Below, one piece after another: positions 24,920 to 38,122 of a stretch of DNA of 60,073 nt. Below the pieces are notes generated by a model. That model searched no databases. It was given only the letters and a program-made list of their open reading frames with translations, and was not told where the DNA came from. How positions within the stretch are numbered: position 1 is the first letter of the stretch; the number at the start of each line of letters is the position of its first letter. The DNA lies in assembly GCA_003614675.1 (NCBI GenBank), contig ML002245.1, positions 1 to 60,073 of the forward strand, read 5' to 3'. The translations under genes were made by a program, and so were the position numbers. The DNA is from Dimargaris cristalligena (Eukaryota).

Positions 24920-25880
24920 GACCTAGAATTACCAATCGGATGCTTTTATCGGTGCCATTAAAATCCCGGGGTGCCAACTGTGGCCCGCCAAGTTAGTTTG
25001 GGGCATTGTCGAACTCGCCCTCGCCAAGGGCCTTAATCTTCAAACGTACACTCCCGTCACCAGTGTGACCCCCCAACCCACCACCACCACTACGTCGTCG
25101 CCCGTACCCCAATGGCTAGTCACCACGCCTAGAGGTAACCTCCGAACCACCTACGTCATTCACTGCACCAACGCCTGGGCCGGCCACCTCCTCCCCGCCC
25201 TGGCCCCCCTTATCCGACCCATTCGGGCCCAGGTGATTGCCACCGAACGGTTCACGACCCCCCGACTCTGGTCGTTCGGGACGAGTTTCAACCACGGTTT
25301 CGACTACGGTATGCAACGCCCCGACCGTATGGTCATTTTCGGCGGGATGCGGTATTCTACGCCCAGCATGGAAGTGGACCAGTCGGACGATGGTCAGGTC
25401 AACCCCGCCATTGACCGGGCCCTCCGGTCGGCCCTTCTCCGAGTTGGATCCCGGGCCTTTGCTTCCGCTCCCGCCTCTCCCCCTTCATCAGCTTCTTCTT
25501 ATTCCTATGCGTCTTCTTTCCGGGGGGAAACCCCTCTAGTGGTAGCAAAGAGTTGGACCGGTATCATGGGGTTCAGTTCGGACTATTTGCCGTGGGTGGG
25601 TCCCTTGGCGGAATTCCAATCGGATCTGTCGAATCAGTTTATTTGTGCGGGGTTTAGTGGGGACGGTATGCCCCGGGCATATCAGTGTGCGGATATCGTG
25701 GCCCGTATGGTCCTGAACCAGCATTTCGGAAAAGAAGGAAGGGCGTTTGCCACGGGTGATTTAATCGAGACTTTCCGACCCGCTGCCCGGGTGGGCCAGA
25801 CCGGGAAGAAGTGGGATATCTTGGGTAGTGACCGGCAGGCTCTGCTTGAAATTGGTATTGAAGTACCCAGTAAGCTGTAG
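24117..25880 (+). CDS. FAD-dependent oxidoreductase (DAO / PuuB-like family), ~496 aa, 2 exons
   Basis: Exons 24117-24653 and 24927-25880. Rossmann motif DVVIIGSGIAG, LEARETCSGATGRNGGH, HCTNAW, WTGIMGFSSDYLPWVG and AGFSGDGM. Confidence 0.92.
24885..24919. repeat. (TTA)n microsatellite just upstream of the intron acceptor
   Basis: About 11 perfect TTA units ending 7 nt before the AG at 24926. Confidence 0.9.
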
Positions 25881-26718
25881 CCGGGCGTTTATCGAACGTT
25901 AAATGGACGAAGTACTGGTTGCTAATGGGAGAAGTTCATTTAGGCTGTATAGCGAAAAATCCATTGGATGAGGCCAATATTACTAGTTAAAAGCTATTCT
26001 CACATATATTCCCTCATATATATATTATGTAAAACCTTATACAGCTGGTTTGGATTTCACCCTAATGGAAGCCGAAAACCGCGGGTTTGTTTACTCGGGT
26101 TATGGATATTACAAACTAAGCGTCATTTGGGACCTTTGTGGCGCCGTGTAAGCCGGCTACATGTGTAGACATACATCCGAATTGTGATCTAACCTCCAGT
26201 GGGTCGTCGTGGGACTTCCAAATGCGTACGCCACTGACTTTCCAGCCATGCTACGCCGACTGGATAGTAGCAAACTAGTAAATAAGTCATTAATAAACCA
26301 GCTCTGATTACAAGGGTAACCAAGCCAGTTGGACTCATAAACGAGGTATTTAGCGTAGAGCTCGGGGTACCGGTGCTGTTTGAGTAGAGTTGGAAAAAAA
26401 GCAACCGTTCTTTTTCGTGAGGGCCAGAAAGTGCCTTCGCGAAGTTTAGAGGGGTTGGATTGGAAAACTGAATCCACTCGCTGAGCACATTCCACATTTT
26501 CCTAACCTCCATGGCACACTCCAATTCCGACTGGTTATATTAGACAATTTACAGACTTTATTCATTCCCTGTACCCCACCATTTCACCCTAATTTCTGAT
26601 TGGCCCCCACCACGTTCATTCGCCGACATTAGACATCTGTTCCCATCTACTCAAATCGGGGCCATACCACGTACCACCGTTGGCTATTACATATAAATTG
26701 AAATTTACACTTTCCACC

Positions 26719-28303
26719 ATGGTCCAATTTGCCGTCATTTGCGCCAGTAACCAGAATCGGAGTATGGAGGGTCATCATGTCCTCAATCAGCGTGGCTTCG
26801 ACGTTCATTCCTACGGGACAGGCAGTATGGTGCGACTACCCGGCGCATCAGCCGATAACCCCAACGTCTTTGACTTTGGTACCCCCTATACTGAAATATA
26901 CGCCAAATTGAAAGCCCGGGATAGTGAATTGTAAGTGTCCCAGCCTATTTTCAGCCGAATACCGCGCCTCCTTCACAATCGCGTGTAACCCCCTCCCCCC
27001 CATATATGTAGCACCCTTCATTATGGGGCCCACTACTTCCAAGTGACGACTAAAGACCGATCTAAATTCACCAAGGTAGGGCCAGTAATGCCCTAAACTA
27101 GAGGCCACCTCGGCCACACACACTTACATACATACCCATTAGGTCATGCTAGTTAATCCGGGCCTGCCTGTCACTGATGGCCGCTAATCAATACTCATTA
27201 ATTTACCCGCCAATTATGTACACGCCTCGACCGACATGAATAACAGGTACACCCGGAACGGCCTCTTGTCGATGCTGGACCGCAATCAGAAGATCAAACT
27301 GGCGCCTGAACGCTTCCAGGATTCACAGATTACCTTTGATGTAATCATTACCTGCGAAGAACGGTGCTTCGATGCCGTCTGTGAAGGTAAACTACACGGG
27401 ATAGGGAGCGGCATATACTCCTCCTCTCCCACACCTACCCTCCCATTTGCCCTTCACCCATACCCCCCTGTACAGATGCACTAAACACGTGTAGGGATTT
27501 AACATCCTATCACCTTCCACCCACGCATCTATATCGTGAACCCCAGTCGCTGCATCTGGATATTGATTCGCACTGGGAAGGGAAAAGAGATAACCGAAAG
27601 TAAGGGGGTTGGGTTGGGTATGATGTACCCATACCTCCTTGGTGGTCTACAGCTATTTTTTTAAGCAGGCCTACAGACGGTTATTCTAACCTTCTAGCCC
27701 GACTCGGGTTAAATTTTGGCATTACATTATTACTATGGAACCCCCTTTACGTCTCGTCTACCCATGCCCCCTAGAACTTACTAGCCGGGGATCCCCGTTC
27801 TGCAAGCGGGTCCACGTTATCAATGTGGCCATTAACGATAATCACAAGGATGCATCAATCGGTGGGAAAGTCATTCTGGAACTGGCCGAAAAGGTAGGCA
27901 ATCTATGTACAGGGCAAAATTTGGCCCATCGACTGCAACGGGTTCTATTATTTGTGGGTTAGATCCGCCGGTTTCCTCTCCCGCCCTCATGACCAGGTGG
28001 GCTTGTATATATCCGGACTTGGCTTTAGCTTGGCATGAAAGTGTGTGGGGAGGGTGCCAGTATAATGGAAGAGCGTTCTTTTGGAAGGCCAAATGTTTAA
28101 ACCGATGACTAATCCCCCGCCCCGACCAATTGTGTGACTGTTCCTGCTTGGCCCATACCTATCTATACGTATTATCATCCCCCTTACCTCTTTTGTTGTA
28201 GATGGAGGCTGCAGAAGACCTGGATCAAGAAATTGAGCCCATTGTGGAAAAGGTACAGGCCCAGACTCCCCATTCCTTGCTATATTCCGTCTGTTACTAT
28301 TAA
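26719..28303 (+). CDS. SSU72: RNA polymerase II CTD phosphatase Ssu72, ~190 aa, 4 exons
   Basis: Exons 26719-26930, 27247-27386, 27775-27893 and 28202-28303. CX5R motif [13 protein letters not shown], plus [25 protein letters not shown] and INDNHKDA. Confidence 0.95.
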
Positions 28304-31117
28304 TCGGCATTGTGTCAGATATAAATCCACTGTAAAAACTTGAGCTCCGAGTACCCTGGATTACTATTTTATTTTAAGTTTGGTCCAAGGTATTTCTCAC
28401 ACCACGAGACAGGGGAGAGGGGGATGGTGGCCAATGTCGAACAATGCGGTTTATATGGAAGGGGTGGTCATTTGAGTGCGGCGGCTCGGCGTGGGACGGC
28501 GCTATTACCTTAGGCCCAGGGTGAGGGGACATTGTGACATTCCATGATTATTCGTTCCGGTCCGCTGGTGGAGTTAGGCCCCTCCCTGGCCTTAAGCGCG
28601 ATACCCACGCCCCGGGTCGGCTTTACTACCCTATAACCTAAAGTGGGTTGACGTCCAAGGGCGATGGTGCATTCCAGACGTGGTTCAGCTGACTCACACG
28701 ACCATTCTCCCCCCGTTTGACCCACAGCCATGTCCCTGGAACTTGGACACTTCTAACCTGCCAAACTATAGACCGCTAGGTGGGTGGCTGGATTGGGTTG
28801 GGGTGTGTTGTGTGTGCAACTATTGCAATATACTATAATGCCGGGTTGTCGAAAATGCAAGGAGGAGGAATAGGAAGTGCCCCTCCCGGCCTTCGCTTTA
28901 CCCTGTGCATTTGCTTATTCGGGGAGTGTATGGCTCTCCAAACATCAGCAGCACCCAACCTCAAGTGCCAACGTTGCCCCACCTGTCTGTTTTTAGTATT
29001 ATTATATTGTTTATTGCAGCCCTTCACTATGTTATGTTAAAAAAGGGACCGGTAGTCAGGGGATATGAGGAAAAAAAAGATCCGCCAAGTAACCTCTCCG
29101 ACATTGCTGCTGTACTAACCAGCCTATGTATTACTCACCCATCCAAGCCTCCTCCCCCTGGTTTCTTTAGCCTTTGGTCTAGCAAGATAGACCCGGCTGT
29201 TTAAAGAGGCGGGTTTCTTTAGGCTGGTTTATATTTTCTAGTTACCCTAGCACGCTGTTTTTATTTTTGAATCCCGAGGACATGGAGGACGAAGGGTATT
29301 CAATATACCCCCCATCCCAATACCTTTGAATTCTAAAATAAAAGGCCCTGGTAGTGTTAGGACTACGCCCCACCGGAAATAGCGGAGGGAAACATCTATT
29401 TTTATCCCGTGGCGGATTATATCTGAATACTGGATGTTTCAAAGATTACAATGGGGCCGTCGTCTCAGCTGACCGATAGACATCAAAGAAAGGACAAGCC
29501 CTTCGATAGCATCGGTTCATCCATCCAGTGCCCGCCGCCCCCATTTTTATCGCTGTGCTATTTTTGGACCACATCTCCCTGTTAATTGTTCATGTGGACT
29601 TACTACAGTACCCCCAGATCCCAAGCCCCCTCCACCTCCCATCTATATTGGCAATGTATTTGGCGACTGTGGGGGTTGTATTGGAAGGTAAATGAGTATG
29701 GGAGAGAAGGTGAGAGGAGAAGAGAGGTGAGGAGGGAAGGGGGGATGACGGCGTTGAGTAAAATTGAGAAGAATAGAGTAGATCAGCCGACGGCGAGAAA
29801 AATGCGAAATGGTCTAATAATAGTACGGAGGGGGACTATCCCGAGTCATTGGGGGAGTAATCATAGAACAAAGGAACCAAGGGTGAGCGAAAAGGACCGG
29901 AGGAAGGAGAAGAGAAGGGAAAAGGAAAGAGTAGGCGAGGGGGAGATGGGGGGGGGGGGAAAGGTATCACATGGAATATATTATTAAATTAAGCGCAACC
30001 ACCACTATTGAATGATTCAAATTGATTTTCGGCATGAAACGGGCATGATTGCGGAAGATAGGGAGAGGGGAAATGAAAGAAACTCCTTGCCATGATCGGT
30101 TAAAAATAGGTTATGGAAAATCAGCCCAGCCATAGCCGAAATAGAGGCACTTCAAGAACTTTTTTTAAATCAGTTAATCTACGGGATATCACACGCTGAT
30201 CCTTGGGCTAGGAAATCTAAATGAAAAGTCCGCCGGCGTCCTAGGGTAATCCGGGGCCATTGCACCTGGGGGTTGAAGAACCGCCTGGTTTAAATTACGA
30301 TTACTTGACGACACTGCAGTAGCCTCATCACCTCTATACTTGCTATTCGCCACCATCCCGAAGTAATAATCATAATACTAATAAAAGAAATGATAGTGAT
30401 TCGGTAAAGGAACGAATAGGAGAGAACAACCACGCCATTAATCGGACACCGCTGTACATTCTAGAGAGAGCCACTGACCACTGACTGGCCTATCCATTTA
30501 TTTAGTATACACGTTCACTCTCGCGAACTTGGCACAGTCTGAGCCTCACAGCCGGCTATGAAATTAGGATATATGGCGAAAACACTTCATATTTCTGGAT
30601 GATGAGCCTCGGTAGAGAGTGCTTCTTTGATATTAGCGCAGGACTATTCTCCTTCGTTGGAAGGAGTTGTTTGACGTTTGCTCAGTGTGGTTTCAGGTCG
30701 CAGATGCAGCGCGCCGAAGGACACCGCTTGGATTACCCCTCCCTTGGAATCATCCATAACAATAACACAATAGCCCTCGGATTTGCAGTGGCTTTCTAGC
30801 AGTGGGTCCATGACGGAGCGAGCACAGTAGAGCACTAACGGGCTCAGTCGTGGCGGGGGTGGGGGAGTAGTGGTAGGGTAGATGTGCGTGCGCGTATATG
30901 TGTATGTGGAATAGGGGAGCTTGACACCCACAGCCAAACTAGCTGGGTTACATGCAGATTCAGGTGTATGAGAGGGTAAATGGGAGAGCCGGACTGTATG
31001 AGTGGGGGGAGGTAGTCAGTGAGAAGCCAGAGACATTTTCCCTCACCCCACGGGGAGACGGCCAATCCCTTTCTCCTGGATCTACCATGTTATTCCATAC
31101 TAAAATATAATAAATGT

Positions 31118-31142
31118 TATATATATATATATATATATATAT
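31118..31142. repeat. (TA)n microsatellite
   Basis: About 12 TA units. Confidence 0.9.
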
Positions 31143-33757
31143 TCAAGTGTAATCAATAATACACACTCGGCAGTGGCACCTTGAGGAGCCGTTGGGCATG
31201 GATTTCATTACCATTTTCATTTTCATATAGATATACATTTTTTTCATTGGACATTAAGTTGGCACCCCGTCCATCATTGGAAATGACAACGGCCTGCGTT
31301 GTTTTGATTTGATTTCTCGTTAGGCTGTCAACTCGCCATGTCCAGTTTCTGAAGACGACAGGGATCCCTTCTCAGGATAGACAGAGAACGACGAGGGTGA
31401 TTCGCCAAATATTTACCGAGAGTTCCCGTCGCTACGTAAAGAGAGAGAGAGAGAGAGATATCGAGAAGGCTTCGCCCAGCGGTAGCTTCGATTGGCGAAG
31501 GAGGAGGGCAAGTCGAACGAACCCATTGGTGGGTTAACCCTGCCAATATATTGCTAGCCCCTGGCAAAATCATAACAACTATTGCCCTATTCTGGTCTGT
31601 TTTGGTTATTTCCTAGCGCAGCTGTCCAAACCAAAATTAAGATCAGCTGGCGGAGTTATCCGTAGGGCAGCGGCCCTGACTGCCGGGCCTTGCATTAGTT
31701 GGAAGTCAAACGGAAAAGGCGGATCCGACCCATTGACGTACACCCGCACAGAGACAAGTCAACCGCAGGATGCAAAAATATTGGGATCGCTGCACCTTTA
31801 TTACGGATACCGCACACAATTAGCCACCCCCCCCCCCCCTTTGTCGCTGTGGGGGAAAGGTCGCGGTTCTGTATTTTATTCATGAAGCACAAAGGCTGTT
31901 CATATTCTAGACTCACCCCTTCGACTACTACTAATACTAATACGCTCCTTAGTATTGGGGACGGAGAGTGCATGAGATCATTAGCAATTAAGGGGGAATA
32001 GACGAGTGAACTGAACTGAACGGAGCCGAAATGCAATAAAATGAAGTGGAGAAGGAATAAGGCTGCTTGTGACCGTATGCGCCAGATACTTTGGCGCCAA
32101 TTGAGCAGCCGTCGCGGCAGCTGAATCTGCAGGAGATAATGAAGAGAAAGTGGCTGCTGGTGACCCTCACACTGCGGGAAGGGTGCCGGAAGGAGCACTC
32201 CGTTGGGTTTTTTCAGAACCAGTGGTTAGAATACTGGGCTGGGACCACCCACCCCTCAACAATTCCATATGAGCCAATTCCCGAAATAGAGCCCAGCTTA
32301 GGGCCAGAGTGTGTATATGCGGGGAAAATAAACTAGCTGCATTCATGCGGCTGGCCTGTACATATAAAGCCCGGGCGTTGGCCTGTCCTCGTTTTTCCCT
32401 GTTCTATTGCCTACCACCACCCTTGATTATTAGTATCGGTACTTACGACTCCTTCCCCTGCTATTTCCACTACTACTACTTCCATTATTATTATTACTAC
32501 TACTCTTATTAATTCGTTGTTCGACTCCATCGGCCACCACGTATCCATCTGCTTCGTCTTCGTATTCGTTTTTGCAGTTTAATTCTCCATCGTTCGTCAT
32601 TTGAGAAAGTCCTGATTGTCCACCCCCCATCGACTATCCCGCATACATTGTTCTCTTCGAAAACAAAGGTATTTAACTGATCCACCCTCCGTATTTGCGC
32701 TCCCCACTTCTCTCTCTCTCTCTCCTTCTCTCCTCTTCACTGCGTGGTTTGATTGTACCTAGTCCTATTGTCCCTCTTCCCCCTTCCTCACCAATTATTC
32801 ACCCCCCGCACTGTGTCACCTGTACAACCTATTGCTTTTAGGGAACACCTTTCCTTCGCCAAGCCTTCTTCGTATCTTTTTCCCATTCCACAAGGTAAGC
32901 CCCGCTCCAGCCTGCCCTGTTCGCCATGTAGAGGCCTTTTTCTTTTCATTTCAATATCATCAATCCATACAACCTCAGGCAGTGGTGGTTCTTAATTCAC
33001 TTTCCTCTCTATCCAAATCCTTTATTATTGAGGGGTGGGGTTAAAAGAGAGGACCCCTTGTATTGCGGGGCGGCCAAGGAAAGAGCCAATGATGGTAAAT
33101 AAATATATGCAGTTTACTAACTGCATATATTCAGTCCTTTCGCCACCCCTGGAATAACCATCTGCTGCAGCTACTCCGTGCTCATGGCCCGATTGAGCGA
33201 ATGCCAAAATTGGAGTATATGCCAACCATATCCCCTATTTTGTTGTGATGGATGTGGAGAGAGAAAGGGAGGGGGGCATGGTAAATACCTACAATTGGGC
33301 TCTCTGCCTAGGGAGATTGGTTTTCCGTCCACTCTATCTATTTGCGGCCCACAGTCATATCGGGTGCCGGATAATAGCAAGGATTGCCCCTGTGAATTAC
33401 CACTGCCGATTGTCTGCGCAACCCGATGCCTATCCCTCTCCTTCCCTTGCTCTTCCTTTTGATTGGGATGTTTTTTGGACATGTAGCCCTCAGGATTGCC
33501 CCATTCATATATATACTTCGGTCCATGGCCGCCTCACTCCATCGCTTGACCTATTTGGTTTTACTCCCTATTATTGCAGTGAAACTCCCTTGACTCCAAT
33601 ATCTGTTTTTTTTGTTATATACCTATGTAGAGAAAGTAGTTAGTTTCTGTCCTTATTCGTTTCCGTAACTCACCAACTCATCAATCCCTCTATTTCACTT
33701 TATACACATATCGGTGCTATCTATTCCGCACTGCGCTACCTCCTACCCTATCTCATA

Positions 33758-34579
33758 ATGACAGTCAAAATGACCTTCGCTGGCCTGTTCACATCTTGCC
33801 TGGGCTACGTCCCCAACATGGACCAAAGGGGCCTTCCCTCTTCTCTCCCTCACAAGCGGAAGCGTTCGTCGCGGAACTCCAAACATAATGTGCGCAAGCT
33901 GGTTATCAGTGCCCCTACCAACTTCCGGGTAAATGTCTAATATTTTGTTGAGTTCATTTCTTATTGCAGTCCCTCTGTGCTATTATTTAACAAATGGGGG
34001 AGATGGTGGATCTTCACCACCATCTGCTTTTTGGCACATCCATCCCCTCCAAATTTACGCTCACATATTTTGCTTAACCGATGATCCCTCCCCCCCGCTG
34101 TTGGTCACGCTATCACCGCCTATAAGCACTGCTATTTTTTTATATTAACGAATCATAATGTCCATGTATTCTATATTTCTGCCGATGTCATATACCTTGT
34201 ATCTAGCATACCACTCATATGGGTAAGTAACTGATACATCGCCTCTCTTATTCAAATTTGCATCTAGGGAGAGTATCCACCTATTCGAGATACATTATCA
34301 ATCGTATTTCCCAACTGGTATTGACCTATTTGAATGTCTCCCCTTGGCTTTTGCTTATAATCATTAGGTATTGGTGGCTTGAGTACCGTAGCGCCCCAGG
34401 AAATGACCCATGGGTACGAATCGATCCCCAATAACCCCCACGACGACCTCTCCTTTTCCCCGCCTCTTTACCCTTGTAAACGGATGTCCTTACGACCTTC
34501 ATTGGGTTCGTCATCAATCGATCTCCCTGCTTCACACATGACTTACAAAGTACCCCAACAACCGCTCAACCTCTATTGA
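33758..34579 (+). CDS. Small CRIB-motif protein (SPEC/CDC42SE-like Cdc42/Rac effector), ~132 aa, 3 exons including a 16-nt microexon
   Basis: Exons 33758-33928, 34207-34222 and 34368-34579 join in frame to give ...KRKRSSRNSKHNVRKLVISAPTNFR|HTTHMG|IGG..., a complete CRIB consensus (ISxPxxFxHxxHxG). Confidence 0.85.
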
Positions 34580-36296
34580 GTTACTAAACTCCCCGCCCTT
34601 CTACTACTTTTATACCTCCCTGGCCCAACCAGATAGCTCGTCTCTCTCTCTACCCCTGGATAGGCTATTTACCGCGCGTATCTTTTCATTCCCAGCTGCA
34701 CTTCCAGTTTACCCTTCATCTCTATTACTTTTATAGTATCCATTATCTTATCCCTATATTTTGCGGATCAATCGCCTTGTATTATTTATACCCCTCTTCT
34801 CTTTATTCGACTCGTTTGTTATTCACGGCCATGTCTAGTACCACGAAATTATGAGGCCGGACCTCACTTCTATCTGCACACCTCCCCCGCGGACGCAATC
34901 TTCAACCACTACCTATCCATTTTTTAACCTTCTACCGTTACTGGCATCTGGTTCTTCTACCCCCCCCCCTCACCAAACTTTATTACATACCATAATGCAT
35001 CCGAAATGCCCTCCCCATTCACCTACCCCTTCTCACTTTATCTGATCCCACGAAGCATCTGTATGTAATTATTCCAATAAACCTCAATATGTTGCTAATC
35101 CCATTGCCCCAACCCTTCTACATAAAATGAAGGGTTTATGTGCTGGAGTTGATTGACCCATGGTCCGACCATTATTGTGTTTAAGCGTGAGAGAGTGCTT
35201 TGGAAACAATGGTCAACATGTCAGTTGCCATTCAGTAAAATAATATCTCATGTTCCGATTTATTTCAGGTGTACCCACGCACAACCACCACTTCATCGAC
35301 AATACCGGCGCAAATCCCGGTATAACAACAGTTACCTGTTGACGCTACACTGCGCCAAAAATAATCCCGGACAGGGTAAATCAGGGAAATGGGGGGTAGG
35401 TCAAGGGATTTTGATGTTACATAGCTAAGTGTACTTGTGGTCTCGATCAAGGAAAATGTTTACCCTAGAGTTACAAAGCACATGGGTGAAGTTCAGCTTG
35501 GTTGTATAAGGTTTTAACCGATATGTGTATGGGAAAATTGGTGGGATGTTTATTTTCAACCAGTAGTACCTGCCTCATCAAATGGATTTTTCGTTATACA
35601 GCTTGGATGAACTTCTCCCACATGGATCTATATTTAGACATCGCACGCAGTAAACCCCCACAGGCGTGGGGGGGGTACGATAGAGAGTAGGGTAAAGGCC
35701 AAGAAGATTTAATGGTAATTAAAGTAGTTCTCCGCCCTGGCTGGGCAATAATACATGTGTTGGTCAGACTAGGCCAGTGATTCAGTTGGCAAGTGTGTGA
35801 GGAGGAGGGGTGGAATGGGGTGGGGGCAGTAATATATATATATTGAAAAGCTGGATTCGAAAAGAAAATACGAATAATAGGGTAGCCCTAATGATTGGGG
35901 GATATAATAACGAGGGTCAAGTCAAGAAGAATATAAAAGAAAATGAAAGGGTTCAACAGACATAGAATAAAAAAAAATAGCGTATGGAGTGTAACAGAGA
36001 GAAGGGCTACATTGTGTAGTGGTGAGTTAGACGTAATAAAAGGGCAGGTGAGTGAGAGTATTGGGAATTATAGAGTACGAAGGGGTTGGCGCGGTTAATG
36101 CCGGATGGTTAGGGGAGGAGGGTAAGTAAAGTATCATGGGGTCTGTCTATAATCGTTGATTATTTTCTTGGATCGCGAGGGTAGAATTGCATGATGGTCA
36201 TCACCATTTAATATGTAGAGGTCCCACTGGCAACGACGTTCCTTTCTGGTTCACCCCCCCGCCTCTTCCATTGTGGGGTTTGGTCGTTGTCGTCGT

Positions 36297-37794
36297 CTAT
36301 ACGGCCATACTCGCCCGAAGTTCTTCGAGTTCATCCTCTTCCTCCTTGCTGATTGACTGGTGCTTGTTGGTAATCTTGGTAGGGGCTGTCAGATGGAAGG
36401 AAATCAAAAAAAAATAAAGGAGGAGATGTGGGTATCATATATACCGAATTAATACACGGTTAAAAGGAAGAAAAGTGAGAGGTTAGAATAAAAATATTTA
36501 TATTAGTGACATATCCATAACCTGCCTATTAAAACTAGAGCAGGATTTAGTTGGTTTCCTAATGTATAATAATACCATATTAATAAGCAGTAACTTACCG
36601 GGCTCGGAAACGGCCACCTGTGGGGTTCGCACAGGCGGGTTTTCGGCATTAAGCAACTGTGAGTCGAGTTCGGCTTGTTCAAGCAACTCCAGTTCGTGAT
36701 TGAGTTCTTCCTCATCGAGATCAGTGCCGAATACGTTGGGCTGGGAAATGACTTCTGAGACCTCGTTGGCCAGGTCCATTTGTTCGCGAATCTCGTCCAT
36801 GGTGGCATCGACCTTGTCGGTATTCCTAATGGTGGAAGGGTATTAGTATAAATTAGATATTATAGTGGATATATATATATATATAGGTGATTACTGCGTT
36901 TAGTATACATGGTAAAATTGACCGAGTAGTTTGGCTAAACCGATGGCATTAAGTGGCGGACTGACTGGTGAGCATGGGTTGTGGCGCACTCAACAATTAT
37001 ACCATGAAAATCATTAAAAAAACAATCGGATTACGTACAGGTCCTTGTGGATAGTCTTCATGGCCTCAGCACCAGTGCGCATGGCATTCATGGTCTCCAG
37101 GTTGATATTGGCGCTTTCAATGGTCAGCACTTGGGTTTCGAGGGTTAGCCGAGAGCCCGCGATTTTTTCGATTTCAGCTTCATACTGCTTTTTCCGCTTG
37201 AGAGCGGCCAGAGCGGCTAAGAGGGGATATAATAGAGTAACCGTAGTATTTAGTAGAATAGATGGAGATACACATGGATAGGTTAGCTGGGATGCATGAA
37301 GACAGTAAGGGTAATTCCCGGAAATAAATATATGAATACGCTAGGGCTAGCACCCAGCAGCGACTTGGCAATACCAGGGAGGTGAGTAGTCTCATTCATT
37401 AGCTACCGACGATTCCCCCATTTGGGGGTATACTCGAGAGGGGAATCAGATGGGAGGGGGTAGGGTCAGCCGATGGGGATTACCAGGGCCACCCTAAACC
37501 ATCGATATATAGAGGGTGTGCATATAAAGGAATTCTAACCTCCCCCCATGTCGCTCGGGAATCCTCCACCTCCTATCGGCCCTGTTTTCTTTTTTTAAAA
37601 AATAATAATAAAATAACCTTTGACGTACCTCGCTTGTTCGTGGTGGCATTGAGCTTGGCGGCCTTGAGTTCATTATCGATACGAGTTTGGAGGAATGCCT
37701 CACGTTTCTCCAACATCAGCAAGTTCTCCCGAATCTTGACGATGGCGTCTTTGGGGGAAGCCTTGGGCTTCGAGCCGAAAAATAGTTTCATCAT
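36297..37794 (-). CDS. SNF7: ESCRT-III subunit Snf7/Vps32 (CHMP4), ~219 aa, 4 exons
   Basis: Exons 37794-37629, 37216-37039, 36825-36599 and 36385-36297. Motifs PKDAIVKIRE..MLEKRE, ALAALKRKKQYE, KVDATMDEIREQ, DEEEL and C-terminal EELRASMA. Confidence 0.95.
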
Positions 37795-38088
37795 TGTGTG
37801 GGGAGGGGGGTGGTTGTATGCGACTACTAGACCGAGAGGGGGGGACTGGGGCGATGTATATAAGAATGTTCTAGTATGATAAGGTAGAGTAGGGGAGCGA
37901 AGCTGCGCCTCAGAAGAGAATAATGACAAAGTGGAGAATAGTTAAGGAAGGACAAAATAGGCGAATGGGAGAGGTGTGCTGGTAAAAGGGAAAAGGGGTC
38001 TCACAGTACAGTAGGAAAGGAAAGGAAGAAGAGAGGCACTAGAGGCGAGGTTGGGAATGGCACGGGGCCCAGAAAAGAAGGGTATATG

Positions 38089-38091
<3 letters not shown>

Positions 38092-38119
<28 letters not shown>
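38092..38119. repeat. (CT)n microsatellite upstream of SNF7
   Basis: 14 CT units. Confidence 0.9.

Positions 38120-38122
<3 letters not shown>

Noticed and set aside
26060-26280. Minus-strand GGAAAGTC / GGAAGTCCC and CCGGCTTA / AAATGACGCTTA resembling RNase P/MRP conserved regions
   Set aside because: The candidate P4 strands do not pair properly and no P1 stem was found.
26157-26524. Two overlapping ~111-aa minus-strand ORFs upstream of SSU72
   Set aside because: No motifs, no codon bias like the real genes and no supporting splice pattern.
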